From a bacterium (GTDB taxonomy: Bacteria; Sysuimicrobiota; Sysuimicrobiia; Sysuimicrobiales; Humicultoraceae): 19,459 bases of DNA. Within the stretch, counting starts at the first letter, position 1. Every line of letters begins with the position of its first letter. The position numbers were made by a program, and so were the translations under genes. Of this stretch, positions 7,409-16,658 are shown piece by piece. The stretch covers positions 1-19,459 of the forward strand of contig JBGQGY010000071.1 in NCBI GenBank assembly GCA_041497675.1, in the 5' to 3' direction. Below the pieces are notes generated by a model. The model saw nothing but the letters and a program-made list of their open reading frames with translations. It ran no database searches and was not told the DNA's origin.

Positions 7409-8689
7409 GTGCAATACGCAGGACGCCGTGCTCCCATACTCCTGCTTGCGTTGGTCCTCGCCCTGGTTGGGGCGGCCGCCGGGTGGGCTCAGACCGCGCC
7501 ATCCGGGGCGTCGGCATTCAATCACGTCCAGCACCTCGCCGGGGTGATCGGTCCGCGAGTCGCCGGCACGCCGGCCGACCGCCAGGCTGCCGAGTACATG
7601 GCTACGCAGTTCCGCCAGTACGGCTACGCGGTCGAGTTCCACACGTTCCAATTCCCCTTCTTTGAAGTGCGTCAGGTGCAAATGCAGGTCGCCGGGGCGC
7701 AGCCCAGGACGATCCAGGCCGAGGCGTTGTTGCTGACGGCCGCGACACCCGCCGCGGGCATCGAGGCGGAGGTCGTGCCGGTGGGGCTGGGCCGGCCGGA
7801 GGATTTCGAAGGCCGCCGAGTCACCGGCGCGATTGCGCTGGCCGAACGGGGCGGGCTCACCTTTCGCGAGAAGATGGTCAACGCGGCATCGCGCGGCGCG
7901 GTCGCGATCATCGTCTACAACAACCAACCGGGCATCGTGCCGGGCACCCTGCAGCAGCGAGCCGAGATCCCCGCGGTGACGGTCTCGCAGGACGACGGCC
8001 GGCAGCTGGTCGACGCCGCGCAGGCTGGCAGCCTGAGGGTCCGGCTCATGGTAGACGTCGTGAACGAGACGCGTTCGACGGCCAATGTCGTGGCCACCAA
8101 ACGCGGCACGACGCGACCCAACGAGATCATCGTGATCGGCGGGCATTTCGACTCGGTCCCCCGCAGCCCCGGTGCCAACGACAACGCGTCGGGTGTCGCG
8201 ACACTCATGGAAGCCGCGCGCGTGCTCGCTTCGGTGCCGACGGCGCGCACGATCCAGTTCGTCCCGTTCTCAGGCGAAGAACTCGGGCTCTTTGGATCGG
8301 CCGCGTTCGCGAACGACCGGCGGCAGGGCGTGGTGGCGATGATCAACCTCGACATGGTGGGCTGGGGCGAGCGGTTGATGGTGGGGAATTCACCAGGCCG
8401 CGACGGCGCCGCCGTCGACACGGCTCTGCAGGTCGCCCAGCGATTGGGCATCGAGGTGAACCGCTTCCGCGCCGTGGGCAGCGATCACGTGAGTTTTGAA
8501 CGGCACGGGATCCCGACGGTCTTTGTCCACCGGGGCATCGACCCATCGTATCATCGCCCCACGGACGTGCCGGCAAACGTCGACCCCAAGCACCTCGAAG
8601 AAGCGGCGCGGCTGCTGGTAGCGCTCATTCAGGATCTGTCGCAGGTGCGCAGCAGCGCGACGCAGAGACGCTACAGCCAGCGTTTCTGA
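7409..8689 (+). CDS. Secreted M28 family aminopeptidase with PA domain
   Basis: Signal peptide; PA domain (IAL..RG...F..K..NA...GA.AII.YNN); HFDS, GANDNASG, GEELGL, NLDMVG, SDH and YH..TD motifs; GGAGG RBS before GTG. Confidence 0.92.
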   Translation: MQYAGRRAPILLLALVLALVGAAAGWAQTAPSGASAFNHVQHLAGVIGPRVAGTPADRQAAEYMATQFRQYGYAVEFHTFQFPFFEVRQVQMQVAGAQPRTIQAEALLLTAATPAAGIEAEVVPVGLGRPEDFEGRRVTGAIALAERGGLTFREKMVNAASRGAVAIIVYNNQPGIVPGTLQQRAEIPAVTVSQDDGRQLVDAAQAGSLRVRLMVDVVNETRSTANVVATKRGTTRPNEIIVIGGHFDSVPRSPGANDNASGVATLMEAARVLASVPTARTIQFVPFSGEELGLFGSAAFANDRRQGVVAMINLDMVGWGERLMVGNSPGRDGAAVDTALQVAQRLGIEVNRFRAVGSDHVSFERHGIPTVFVHRGIDPSYHRPTDVPANVDPKHLEEAARLLVALIQDLSQVRSSATQRRYSQRF

Positions 8690-9321
8690 TCACGGTAGTA
8701 ATCTGCGGGACCGTTCGGGTGCCTCTTGCGAAAGCTCTCGAAGATTTTCAACAGTTGAATGTAGCGATGCTTCGATGATCTCAGCCGCTTGTGCGGGTAG
8801 TCGATCAGGAACTTCTCGACCTTCCACATGTTTCGGGGCGACAGCCGCCAATCGTAGTTGCCCAGTTCGCGCAGGTCGACCAGGGCGTACCCCGTGATCT
8901 TCCCCGTCCAGTCAACATACGGTTCGTAGTAGCTGGCGACCAGGTCGCGGATCGAGCGAAACACCGGCCGCCGCCCGTGCAGGCCGAAATCCCTCGACCG
9001 CGCGACTGACCCCCACCGGCCTCGGTGCTTAAAGACGAAGATGACGTGGTCCAGATTGTCCTGGGATTCCATGCTCACGACCAGTGGCGGATAGCCGTGC
9101 TGCTCCAGGATGACGGTGGCGGTCAGCGCGGCTTCCAGACAATGGACCTGCCGGATCTTGGCGATCTCGCGAAACGACCGCAGCGTCTCGCCGAGCCGTT
9201 CGTGGTTGTAGCGCAGCGACCGCAGGAACCCCTGGACCTGCTTTGGGGTTCGGTACGTCTCGATAATCTTGCGTTCACGGCGCGTGAAGGCGTCGCGCGG
9301 CGGCGCCTGGGTATGATCCAT
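8671..9321 (-). CDS. Conserved hypothetical protein, possible transglutaminase/papain-like fold
   Basis: 216 aa, protein-like composition; HCLEAAL and DHVIFVF...WG motifs give a candidate Cys-His catalytic pair. Confidence 0.65.
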   Translation of the reverse strand: MDHTQAPPRDAFTRRERKIIETYRTPKQVQGFLRSLRYNHERLGETLRSFREIAKIRQVHCLEAALTATVILEQHGYPPLVVSMESQDNLDHVIFVFKHRGRWGSVARSRDFGLHGRRPVFRSIRDLVASYYEPYVDWTGKITGYALVDLRELGNYDWRLSPRNMWKVEKFLIDYPHKRLRSSKHRYIQLLKIFESFRKRHPNGPADYYRDQKRWL

Positions 9322-9379
9322 GCTCAGAAGGGTAGGGGAAGCAGGTCGGGTTCTGCCCAATGCGCCCGCGCATCGGGTC

Positions 9380-9808
9380 TCATCGCAGGCTCCCTTCCAG
9401 GCCTTCCAGTGTTGCCCAGAATCCGCGCATGGCGGCGTCGGAGGTCGCGCGTCCGACGCGGACCTCCACCCTGCGAAACGCTCCGGCGACGCGACGCGCC
9501 GTCTGCGCGCCTCTGGGGGTGAGGCGGATGCGGAACGACCGGCGATCGGTCGGTTCGATCTCCCTCGTGATGAGACCGCGGGTCTCGAGCCGGTCGAGGA
9601 TACTCGTCAGCGTGGAGCGCTTGTGTCCAACGTCACGGTGGAGTTCGGCGACGGTGCGGCTTCCCCCGTCCGCCAGGGCCGCCAGAACGTGCGCGTCGGC
9701 CTGGCCGAGCCCCGGCACCTCGCGTTCGAGATACGAGGCGATCAGGTGGGTCGATCGCTGGATCGACGTGATGATTGCGTGTGCCGGTGTTGTCGACGAG
9801 GAAGGCAT
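9380..9808 (-). CDS. MarR family transcriptional regulator
   Basis: TVAEL....G..RSTLTSILDRLE.RGLI.R.....DRRS..I.LT..G winged-HTH signature. Confidence 0.93.
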   Translation of the reverse strand: MPSSSTTPAHAIITSIQRSTHLIASYLEREVPGLGQADAHVLAALADGGSRTVAELHRDVGHKRSTLTSILDRLETRGLITREIEPTDRRSFRIRLTPRGAQTARRVAGAFRRVEVRVGRATSDAAMRGFWATLEGLEGSLR

Positions 9809-9818
9809 TCCGATAGCG

Positions 9819-9847
9819 AGAATATACGATATCGTACTATATGTCAA
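9819..9847 (-). promoter_or_regulatory. sigma70 promoter of marR with palindromic operator in the spacer
   Basis: Minus strand TTGACA, 17 bp, TATTCT; perfect palindrome TACGATATCGTA at 9825-9836. Confidence 0.8.
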
Positions 9848-9861
9848 TGAACCGTCTCTTC

Positions 9862-9890
9862 TTGCCGAGAGCGGCCCTTGGTGCTACACT
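9862..9890 (+). promoter_or_regulatory. Putative sigma70 promoter of the rib operon
   Basis: TTGCCG, 17 bp, TACACT with extended TG, about 25 bp upstream of the FMN riboswitch. Confidence 0.65.
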
Positions 9891-9915
9891 AAACGTCGCA
9901 CACAAATCACATAGA

Positions 9916-10054
9916 GACCTTCAGGGCAGGGTGAGCCGGCACGACGCCGGCAATTCCCGATCGGCGGTACAGCCCGCGAGCTTGGCTGCCACGCAGCCGG
10001 GCAGGACTCGGTGAGACTCCGGGGCCGACGGTATAGTCCGGATGGAAGAGGGTC
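9916..10054 (+). ncRNA. FMN riboswitch (RFN element)
   Basis: CTTCAGGGCAGGGTGA...AATTCCCGATCGGCGGT..AGCCCGCGAGC...GGTGAGACTCC.GGGCCGACGGTATAGTCCGGATGGAAGAG consensus blocks upstream of ribD. Confidence 0.96.
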
Positions 10055-10136
10055 ACGTGATGCTCGGGTGTTGGACGCCGGGGCCGCGGCACGATCGTCG
10101 CGGCTTTCCTGCCCGCCCCGTGTATCTGGTTCGTAT

Positions 10137-10174
10137 CGCCCGGAGGTCATCGCGACTTCGGGCGTGATTGTTTT
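10137..10174 (+). terminator. Riboswitch-linked intrinsic terminator candidate
   Basis: CGCCCGGAGGTC-ATCGC-GACTTCGGGCG followed by TGATTGTTTT, directly before the ribD start. Confidence 0.6.
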
Positions 10175-10175
10175 G

Positions 10176-11261
10176 GTGACGGCGATCGCAGACGACATCC
10201 GGTGGATGGAAGAGGCCCTCGCCCTGGCGCAGCGGGCGGCCGGGCGGACGAGCCCCAACCCCCTTGTCGGCGCGCTGGTCGTGGCCGGTGGTGAGGTGGT
10301 TGGGCGCGGGTTCCATCACCGCGCGGGCGAGGCGCACGCCGAAGTCCTGGCGCTGGGCGAGGCCGGCGATCGCGCCCATGGTGCCACCCTCTACACGACC
10401 CTGGAACCGTGCAGCCACACCGGTCGCACGGGGCCGTGCACTGACGCGGTGCTGGCGGCGGGCGTGCGGCGTGTCGTCGTGGCCATGGTGGACCCGGATG
10501 TCCAGGTGTCCGGCCGGGGCGTCGCGCGTCTGCGTCAGGCCGGTGTTGCGGTCGATGTCGGGATCCTCGAGGGCCAGGCACGCCGCGCGAACGAGTTCTA
10601 CATCAAACACCGCACCACCGGGTTGCCGTTCGTGACGCTGAAGTGGGCGATGAGTCTCGACGGCAAGATCGGGGTCACCCGTAATACCGAGACGCCGATC
10701 ACCGGCGACGACGCCCGGCGGTACGCGCACGAGTTGCGCAACGTCTATGACGCAGTGCTGGTGGGCGTGGGCACGGTGCTGGCCGACGATCCCGAGTTGA
10801 CGTGCCGGCTGCCCGGCGGCCGCGATCCGCTACGCATCGTCGTGGATTCGCGTCTGCGCGCGCCAGCGGGCGCTCGCGTCCTGACCGGCGCGCGCACCCT
10901 GATCGCGACAACGGCGTCGGCGCCGTTGTCGCGCATTGAGACGCTCCAACGGTCCGGGGTGGACGTCATCGTTCAGGACGGCGTAACGCGGGTCGCGCTG
11001 CGGCCTCTGTGTGAAGAACTGGGCCGCCGCGGCGTACTGAGCGTCTTGATCGAAGGCGGCGGCACCGTGAATGCTGCGGCGCTGGCCGAGGGGCTCGTCG
11101 ACAAGGTGATCGCGCTGGTCGCCCCACGGCTGATCGGCGGCGACCAGGCGCCGACGCCGGTAGACGGTCCCGGGTTGGTGGCCGGCGTGTTGGCGCTGCG
11201 CGATCTGCGCGTCTGGTCGCTGGGCGACGACGTGGCCATCGAAGGATACGTTGGCGGCTGA
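10176..11261 (+). CDS. ribD: Bifunctional diaminohydroxyphosphoribosylaminopyrimidine deaminase/reductase
   Basis: TSPNPLVGA, HAE, TLEPCSHTGRTGPC, KWAMSLDGK and IEGG motifs; GTG start inferred. Confidence 0.96.
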   Translation: MTAIADDIRWMEEALALAQRAAGRTSPNPLVGALVVAGGEVVGRGFHHRAGEAHAEVLALGEAGDRAHGATLYTTLEPCSHTGRTGPCTDAVLAAGVRRVVVAMVDPDVQVSGRGVARLRQAGVAVDVGILEGQARRANEFYIKHRTTGLPFVTLKWAMSLDGKIGVTRNTETPITGDDARRYAHELRNVYDAVLVGVGTVLADDPELTCRLPGGRDPLRIVVDSRLRAPAGARVLTGARTLIATTASAPLSRIETLQRSGVDVIVQDGVTRVALRPLCEELGRRGVLSVLIEGGGTVNAAALAEGLVDKVIALVAPRLIGGDQAPTPVDGPGLVAGVLALRDLRVWSLGDDVAIEGYVGG

Positions 11262-11860
11262 TGTTCACCGGCATCATTGAGGCTCTGGGAACGGTGGAAC
11301 GCGTGGATAGCGGGGCGGAGGGCGCGCGTCTGGTCGTCCGCGCCGGTGCCGTGATCGATGACGCACGCATCGGCGATAGCATCGCGGTCAACGGGGTGTG
11401 TCTGACCATCACGGCGCTGAACGACGGAACGTTCACGGCCGATGTGTCGCTCGAGACGTTGCGCCGCAGCACGCTGGGTGACCTGCGCGGTGGCGATCCG
11501 GTGAACCTGGAACGCCCGTTGCGGGTTGATCAGCGCCTGGGTGGCCACATCGTCCAAGGGCACGTTGATGGTGTCGGTACGATTACCGGTGTGCGCCCAG
11601 AAGGCGACGGCATCTGGATGCAGTTGGCACCGCCGGCCGCGCTGCTGCCCCTTCTGGTCGAGAAGGGGTCGGTCGCGATCGACGGTGTCAGCCTGACGGT
11701 CGCGGCTCTGGCCGACAGTGGGTTTGCCGTCGCGCTGATTCCTCATACGCTCGCCGTCACCACACTCGGGCGGCGGCGCGTGGGCGAGCACGTGAACATC
11801 GAGGTCGATATCCTGGCCAAGTACGTGCAGCGGTTGCTGGAGGGAGCGCGAGGCACATGA
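11261..11860 (+). CDS. ribE: Riboflavin synthase (alpha chain)
   Basis: MFTGII, GDSIAVNGVCLT, GGHIVQGHVDG and NIEVD motifs (called ribC in E. coli nomenclature). Confidence 0.97.
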   Translation: MFTGIIEALGTVERVDSGAEGARLVVRAGAVIDDARIGDSIAVNGVCLTITALNDGTFTADVSLETLRRSTLGDLRGGDPVNLERPLRVDQRLGGHIVQGHVDGVGTITGVRPEGDGIWMQLAPPAALLPLLVEKGSVAIDGVSLTVAALADSGFAVALIPHTLAVTTLGRRRVGEHVNIEVDILAKYVQRLLEGARGT

Positions 11861-13083
11861 CCGATCATCAAGACGTTGCCGTCAGCCGGTTCGCGACGGT
11901 GGAGGACGCCGTCGAGGACATGCGCGCCGGGCGGATGCTCATCGTGGTCGATGACGAAGACCGCGAAAACGAGGGCGACCTCATCATAGCCGCCGAACAC
12001 GCGACGCCGGAGGCGGTCAACTTCGTCATCGCCCAGGCGCGCGGGCTCATCTGTGTGCCCATGACGGCCGAGCGCTGCGAAGCGCTGCGACTCCCGCTCA
12101 TGGTGGCGGAGAACACCGCCCGTCACGGAACCGCGTTCACCGTCTCGGTCGACGCGGCGGCGGGCGGCACCGGCATTTCGGCGTACGACCGCGCGCTCAC
12201 GGTGCGCCTGCTTGCCGATCCGGCCACGCAGCCCGACGACCTCCTGCGCCCCGGGCACATCTTCCCGCTGATCGCGACTCCCGGCGGTGTGCTGCGACGT
12301 GCCGGTCACACGGAAGCCGTGGTCGATCTGGCGCGTATGGCCGGTCTGCAACCTGCCGGGATCGCCTGCGAGATCGTTCACAACGACGGCACCATGGCGC
12401 GTCTGCCGGACCTATTCCGGTTTGCCGAGCGCCACAATCTGAAGATCATTACGGTGCGCGACCTGATCCGCCACCGGATGCGGCACGACCCGTTCGTGCG
12501 GCGCGAGGGACAAACGCGCCTCCCGACCACGGCGGGCGAGTTCACGGCGATCGTGTACGAAAATCCCATTGACGGCTCAACTCAGCTGGCGCTGGTCAAG
12601 GGTGTCGTGGACGATGGCGAACCCGTGCTCGTGCGGATGCACTCCGAATGTCTGACGGGCGAGGTGTTCGGGTCGCTGCGGTGTGATTGTGGTGACCAAC
12701 TGCGGGCGGCCATGGCCGCGATCGCGCAGGAAGGCCGCGGGGTCATTGTCTACATCCGGCAGGAGGGCCGCGGGATCGGTCTCGATAACAAGATCAAAGC
12801 CTATGCGCTGCAGGATCAAGGCAGCGACACGGTTGAAGCAAACGAGTTGCTGGGGTTTCCACCGGATCCACGCGACTATGGGGTGGGCGCGCAGATCCTC
12901 GTCGACCTCGGCGTCCGCCGCATCCGGCTGCTCACCAACAATCCGCGGAAGCGGGCCGGGCTGGAAGGCTACGGGCTCCAGGTTGTCGAGCGTGTACCGC
13001 TGGAGATTCCGCCGAACAAGGAGAACTACGCGTACTTGAAGACCAAGCGCCATCGGCTCGGACACCTGTTGAGCATCGAGTAG
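11857..13083 (+). CDS. ribBA: Bifunctional DHBP synthase / GTP cyclohydrolase II
   Basis: [44 protein letters not shown] and LTNNP motifs. Confidence 0.97.
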   Translation: MTDHQDVAVSRFATVEDAVEDMRAGRMLIVVDDEDRENEGDLIIAAEHATPEAVNFVIAQARGLICVPMTAERCEALRLPLMVAENTARHGTAFTVSVDAAAGGTGISAYDRALTVRLLADPATQPDDLLRPGHIFPLIATPGGVLRRAGHTEAVVDLARMAGLQPAGIACEIVHNDGTMARLPDLFRFAERHNLKIITVRDLIRHRMRHDPFVRREGQTRLPTTAGEFTAIVYENPIDGSTQLALVKGVVDDGEPVLVRMHSECLTGEVFGSLRCDCGDQLRAAMAAIAQEGRGVIVYIRQEGRGIGLDNKIKAYALQDQGSDTVEANELLGFPPDPRDYGVGAQILVDLGVRRIRLLTNNPRKRAGLEGYGLQVVERVPLEIPPNKENYAYLKTKRHRLGHLLSIE

Positions 13084-13101
13084 GCCACGCGCGCAGAGAC
13101 C

Positions 13102-13560
13102 ATGGGGACCGAGTATCGGGGAAGCGATGACGCCACCGGGCTGCGTTTTGCGGTGATCGCCAGCCGCTACAATGCCTACATCACCGAGCGGCTGCTGGAA
13201 GGGTGCCGGCAGGTGCTGGCGGCAGGCGGTGCCGCCGTCGTGGACGTCGCCTGGGTGCCGGGCGCGCTGGAAATCCCGCTGGCCGCGAAGCGGCTCGCGG
13301 ACACCCACCGCTACGATGCCATCATTTGCCTGGGATGTGTGATCAAGGGCGAGACCCTGCATTTCGAACTTGTGGCGCAGCAGGCGGCGGCGGGTATGAC
13401 CCGCGTCGCGTTGGACACCGGCGTGCCGGTGATCAACGAGGTACTGGCCGTGTTCGATCCCGCGCACGCCGCGTCCAGGGCCGGCGGGCAGACCAACCGG
13501 GGTGAAGAAGCCGCCCGCGCCGCCATCCAGATGGCCACCGTGATGCGCTCGATGCCTTGA
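13102..13560 (+). CDS. ribH: 6,7-dimethyl-8-ribityllumazine synthase
   Basis: VPGALEIP, LGCVIKGETLHFE and NRGEEAA motifs. Confidence 0.96.
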   Translation: MGTEYRGSDDATGLRFAVIASRYNAYITERLLEGCRQVLAAGGAAVVDVAWVPGALEIPLAAKRLADTHRYDAIICLGCVIKGETLHFELVAQQAAAGMTRVALDTGVPVINEVLAVFDPAHAASRAGGQTNRGEEAARAAIQMATVMRSMP

Positions 13561-13570
13561 TGAACGCCCG

Positions 13571-15211
13571 ATGAGCGTGGTCGTCTATCACCGCGCCCGC
13601 GTGCATCCTGACGCCGGCCCCCGTGCGAGCGCCGATGCGCTGGCGACGGTGTTTGGTCGATTGCTTGCAGTGGGGCGCGCGGACGAGATCGAGGCCGCGT
13701 TCCCAAGGGCGCGCCGGGTCGATCTGAGGGGTCTGCACGTCTTCCCGGGGCTCATCGACGCTCACCTGCACTTCGTCAGCTACGGGATGGGACTGCTCCA
13801 GGTTGAACTGCGGCAGACCCGCTCGATCGCCGAGGCCGCGCGCCTGCTGGCGCAGCGCGCGACAGCGCTGCCCGTGGGGGCCTGGGTGCTCGGACGGGGA
13901 TGGGACAAAAACGTGTGGGCCGAGGGGCGCTTTCCCACCCGTCACGATCTCGACCCACTGACCGCTGATCACCCCTGCGCATCGTGGAGCAAGGATGGGC
14001 ACGTCTTCTGGGTGAACTCGGCGGCGCTGCGGCTGGCGCGCATCACACGCGCCACCGTCGATCCACCGGGTGGGGTGATCAGCCGCGATGGATCGGGCGA
14101 ACCCGACGGCATCTTGAAAGAAGAAGCCAAGACATTGGTCCAGCGGATCCTGCCCGATCCCACCCCCGAGATGCGCGAACAGGCCGTTGCGGCCGCGTCC
14201 GCCGAGTTCCACCGATTTGGTCTGACCGGCGTGCACGCGTTCACCGGCGCCGCCGCCGAAGGCCCCGATCAGTTCGCGACACTGCAGCGCCTCCACGCGC
14301 GCGGCGAACTGGCCATCCGGACCGTCGCGACCGTCCCCGACCGGCTGACCGATGCGGCCGTGGCCGCGGGGATGACGACCGGCGTCGGCGACGCGATGCT
14401 GCGGGTCGGCGCGCTGAAGCTCTTTGCCGACGGCGCGCTTGGCTCGCAGACCGCCAGCATGCTCGAACCGTATGCCGGACAGCCGGGCAATGTCGGGATT
14501 CAAGTGCGCGCGCCCGAGGAAATTGACGAGTTCGTCCGCAAGGCGGTGGGCGCGGGGTTCTGGACGGCGATTCACGCCATTGGTGACCGGGCCAACCGTG
14601 AGGTGCTTGATGTCTACGAGCGTTACGATCAGGCCTCGCGTCGCTTCGGTGCGAGGCATCGGATCGAGCACGTCCAGGTGGTCGATCCGGACGATCTGCC
14701 ACGGCTGGCGCGGCTCGGGATTGTCGCGTCGATGCAGCCCATCCATGCCACCGCCGATCGCGACATCGCCGACCGCTATTGGGGCATCCGCGCGCGCTGG
14801 TCGTATGCGTGGCGCTCGCTCGCGGCCACCGGGGCCGTCCTGGCGTTTGGATCGGACGCACCGGTCGAAACACCCGATCCCTGGCGGGGGTTGTACGCGG
14901 CGGTGACGCGGCAGCGGGAAGAGGAGCCCGGCGTGCCCTCCTGGTATCCGCAGGAGTGTCTCTCGTTGGAACAGGCGTTGCGCGCGTATACGACGGGTCC
15001 GGCGTACGCCGCGGGTACCGAAGCGTGGCAGGGCCGCTTGACCCGCGGGTCTGTCGCGGACTTCATCGTCTTGGACCGCGATCCGTACGCCGGGTCGTCC
15101 GAAGACCTGCTCCGGGTACAGGTCCTGGCAACGATCGTGGACGGCCGCGTGCGGTACGCCACCGGGGCGCTCGCGGGAATCGCCGGACAACATGAGGAGG
15201 AGTCGTCGTGA
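13571..15211 (+). CDS. YtcJ-like metal-dependent amidohydrolase (Amidohydro_3)
   Basis: PGLIDAHLH, KLFADGALGS.TA, HAIGDRA, RIEH, MQP.H and GSDAPV motifs. Confidence 0.92.
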   Translation: MSVVVYHRARVHPDAGPRASADALATVFGRLLAVGRADEIEAAFPRARRVDLRGLHVFPGLIDAHLHFVSYGMGLLQVELRQTRSIAEAARLLAQRATALPVGAWVLGRGWDKNVWAEGRFPTRHDLDPLTADHPCASWSKDGHVFWVNSAALRLARITRATVDPPGGVISRDGSGEPDGILKEEAKTLVQRILPDPTPEMREQAVAAASAEFHRFGLTGVHAFTGAAAEGPDQFATLQRLHARGELAIRTVATVPDRLTDAAVAAGMTTGVGDAMLRVGALKLFADGALGSQTASMLEPYAGQPGNVGIQVRAPEEIDEFVRKAVGAGFWTAIHAIGDRANREVLDVYERYDQASRRFGARHRIEHVQVVDPDDLPRLARLGIVASMQPIHATADRDIADRYWGIRARWSYAWRSLAATGAVLAFGSDAPVETPDPWRGLYAAVTRQREEEPGVPSWYPQECLSLEQALRAYTTGPAYAAGTEAWQGRLTRGSVADFIVLDRDPYAGSSEDLLRVQVLATIVDGRVRYATGALAGIAGQHEEESS

Positions 15212-15972
15212 AGAATACCGTGCTGCTCGAAGAACTGTCCTGGCCCGAGGTGCAGGCCGCCGTGGAGGCCGGCACGCGCACGATGATCATCGTCACGGCC
15301 TCGATGGAGCAGCATGGCCCGCACCTGCCGATGATGACCGATACCGCCATCGGGTACGCGCTAGGTGAGCGCCTGGCGCGGCGGTTGGGCAAGACGCTCC
15401 TCGCGCCGATCATCCGGCCCGGGTGCTCGGATCACCACCTCGCGTTTCCGGGCAGCCTGTCGATCCCTCGAGAGGTATTCATCGAGACGGTCATGGGCTG
15501 CGTGCGCTCGCTGGCGCCGCACGGCTTCGACACGTTTGTGCTGCTGTCGACTCACGGCGGTAACTTCGATGCCTTGGAGGATGCCGCCCGACGGCTGCGC
15601 GGCGAGTTTGCCTCGAAGCATGTACGGATCATTGACGCCGCTGGTCGCGACGCCCTGACCGAGACGATGCGCGTCATGGTTGAAGCGGCCGCGCAGATGG
15701 GCGCGCCGCAGGACGTGGACGCGATCCACGCCGAGGTGACCGAGACCTCGATCATGATGCTCCGTCATCCTGCGCTGGTGGCCGCCGATCGTCTTGAGCA
15801 AGGCCGCATGGGACGGATCGACCGCGACGATATGTTCCGCCGTGGGCTTCGCGCCATCACGCCGAACGGCATCCTCGGCGATGCGCGCGGCGCGACGCCG
15901 CAGATCGGCGACGCCGTGCTCGAGCGTCTGGCCGAGCACCTGGCGGCCGTGGTGCGCCGGCAACCGGGCTAA
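15208..15972 (+). CDS. Creatininase family amidohydrolase
   Basis: EQHGPHLP..TD, S.HH..FPGS, HGGN, HA...ETS and NGILGD motifs; GAGGAG RBS; GTGA overlap with the upstream gene. Confidence 0.92.
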   Translation: MKNTVLLEELSWPEVQAAVEAGTRTMIIVTASMEQHGPHLPMMTDTAIGYALGERLARRLGKTLLAPIIRPGCSDHHLAFPGSLSIPREVFIETVMGCVRSLAPHGFDTFVLLSTHGGNFDALEDAARRLRGEFASKHVRIIDAAGRDALTETMRVMVEAAAQMGAPQDVDAIHAEVTETSIMMLRHPALVAADRLEQGRMGRIDRDDMFRRGLRAITPNGILGDARGATPQIGDAVLERLAEHLAAVVRRQPG

Positions 15973-16042
15973 CGGGGTCCGGCCAGGAAACGCCGCGGCG
16001 GTCGCGAACTACTCGACCACATGCGGAGAGGAGACTGTCGAA

Positions 16043-16597
16043 ATGGGCACGACCGGTCGCTCGGTAGTGGACCTCGACCTCAACGCGCTCCTCACCGATC
16101 TGCGCCGCGCGATGCTGATGGAACTCCAAACCTTCTATTCGCTGTGGATGACCGCCATCGTCGCGGAAGGGTTTCACGGCGAAGAGCTCACCGAGCACTT
16201 CAAAGCCGACGCCCTGGAAGAGCTCGGCCACGCCGAGAAACTCGCGAATCGTATCCTCGAGTTGGGCGGCCAGGTCGTCGTCGATCCCGGCGGTTGGGCC
16301 GCCGTCGCGGGTGGCCCCTGGATCGGGCCGCGGCCGGACCCAAGCGACGCGGACGGGATGGTCGGGGATCAAATCGAGGCCGAGGCCGCCGCCATTCTCC
16401 ATTACAACAACATCGCGAAGATGACGTTCGGCAAAGACCCGGTCACCTACATGCTGGTCACCGAGCTGCTGGCCGACGAAGTGGGGCACGAGGAGTTTCT
16501 CGAGAACCTGCTGGGGCCCAAGGGACGCAAAGAACTCACGGCGCGCGCCCGCGCTGCCAGGAAGCGGGCAGTGGCGCGGCCGCGGCCGGCCCGATAG
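16043..16597 (+). CDS. Ferritin-like di-iron protein (DPSL/bacterioferritin-like) with basic C-terminal tail
   Basis: E...EELGHA..LANRILELGG...EAE..AI..Y...DPVTY......LADEVGHE ferroxidase pattern; GAGGAG RBS. Confidence 0.87.
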   Translation: MGTTGRSVVDLDLNALLTDLRRAMLMELQTFYSLWMTAIVAEGFHGEELTEHFKADALEELGHAEKLANRILELGGQVVVDPGGWAAVAGGPWIGPRPDPSDADGMVGDQIEAEAAAILHYNNIAKMTFGKDPVTYMLVTELLADEVGHEEFLENLLGPKGRKELTARARAARKRAVARPRPAR

Positions 16598-16601
16598 TCG
16601 C

Positions 16602-16646
16602 AAAAAGTGACGACCCATCTGCCGTGAGGCAGGTGGGCCGTCTTTT
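16602..16646. terminator. Bidirectional intrinsic terminator
   Basis: AAAAA..GACGACCCATCTGCC-GTGA-GGCAGGTGGGCCGTC-TTTT between convergent genes. Confidence 0.8.
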
Positions 16647-16658
16647 ACCGCGCCGTCT

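Noticed and set aside
12780..12820. Non-canonical RibA that would stop at the formylated intermediate
   Set aside because: The Tyr in KIKAYALQ and the three Zn cysteines are intact.
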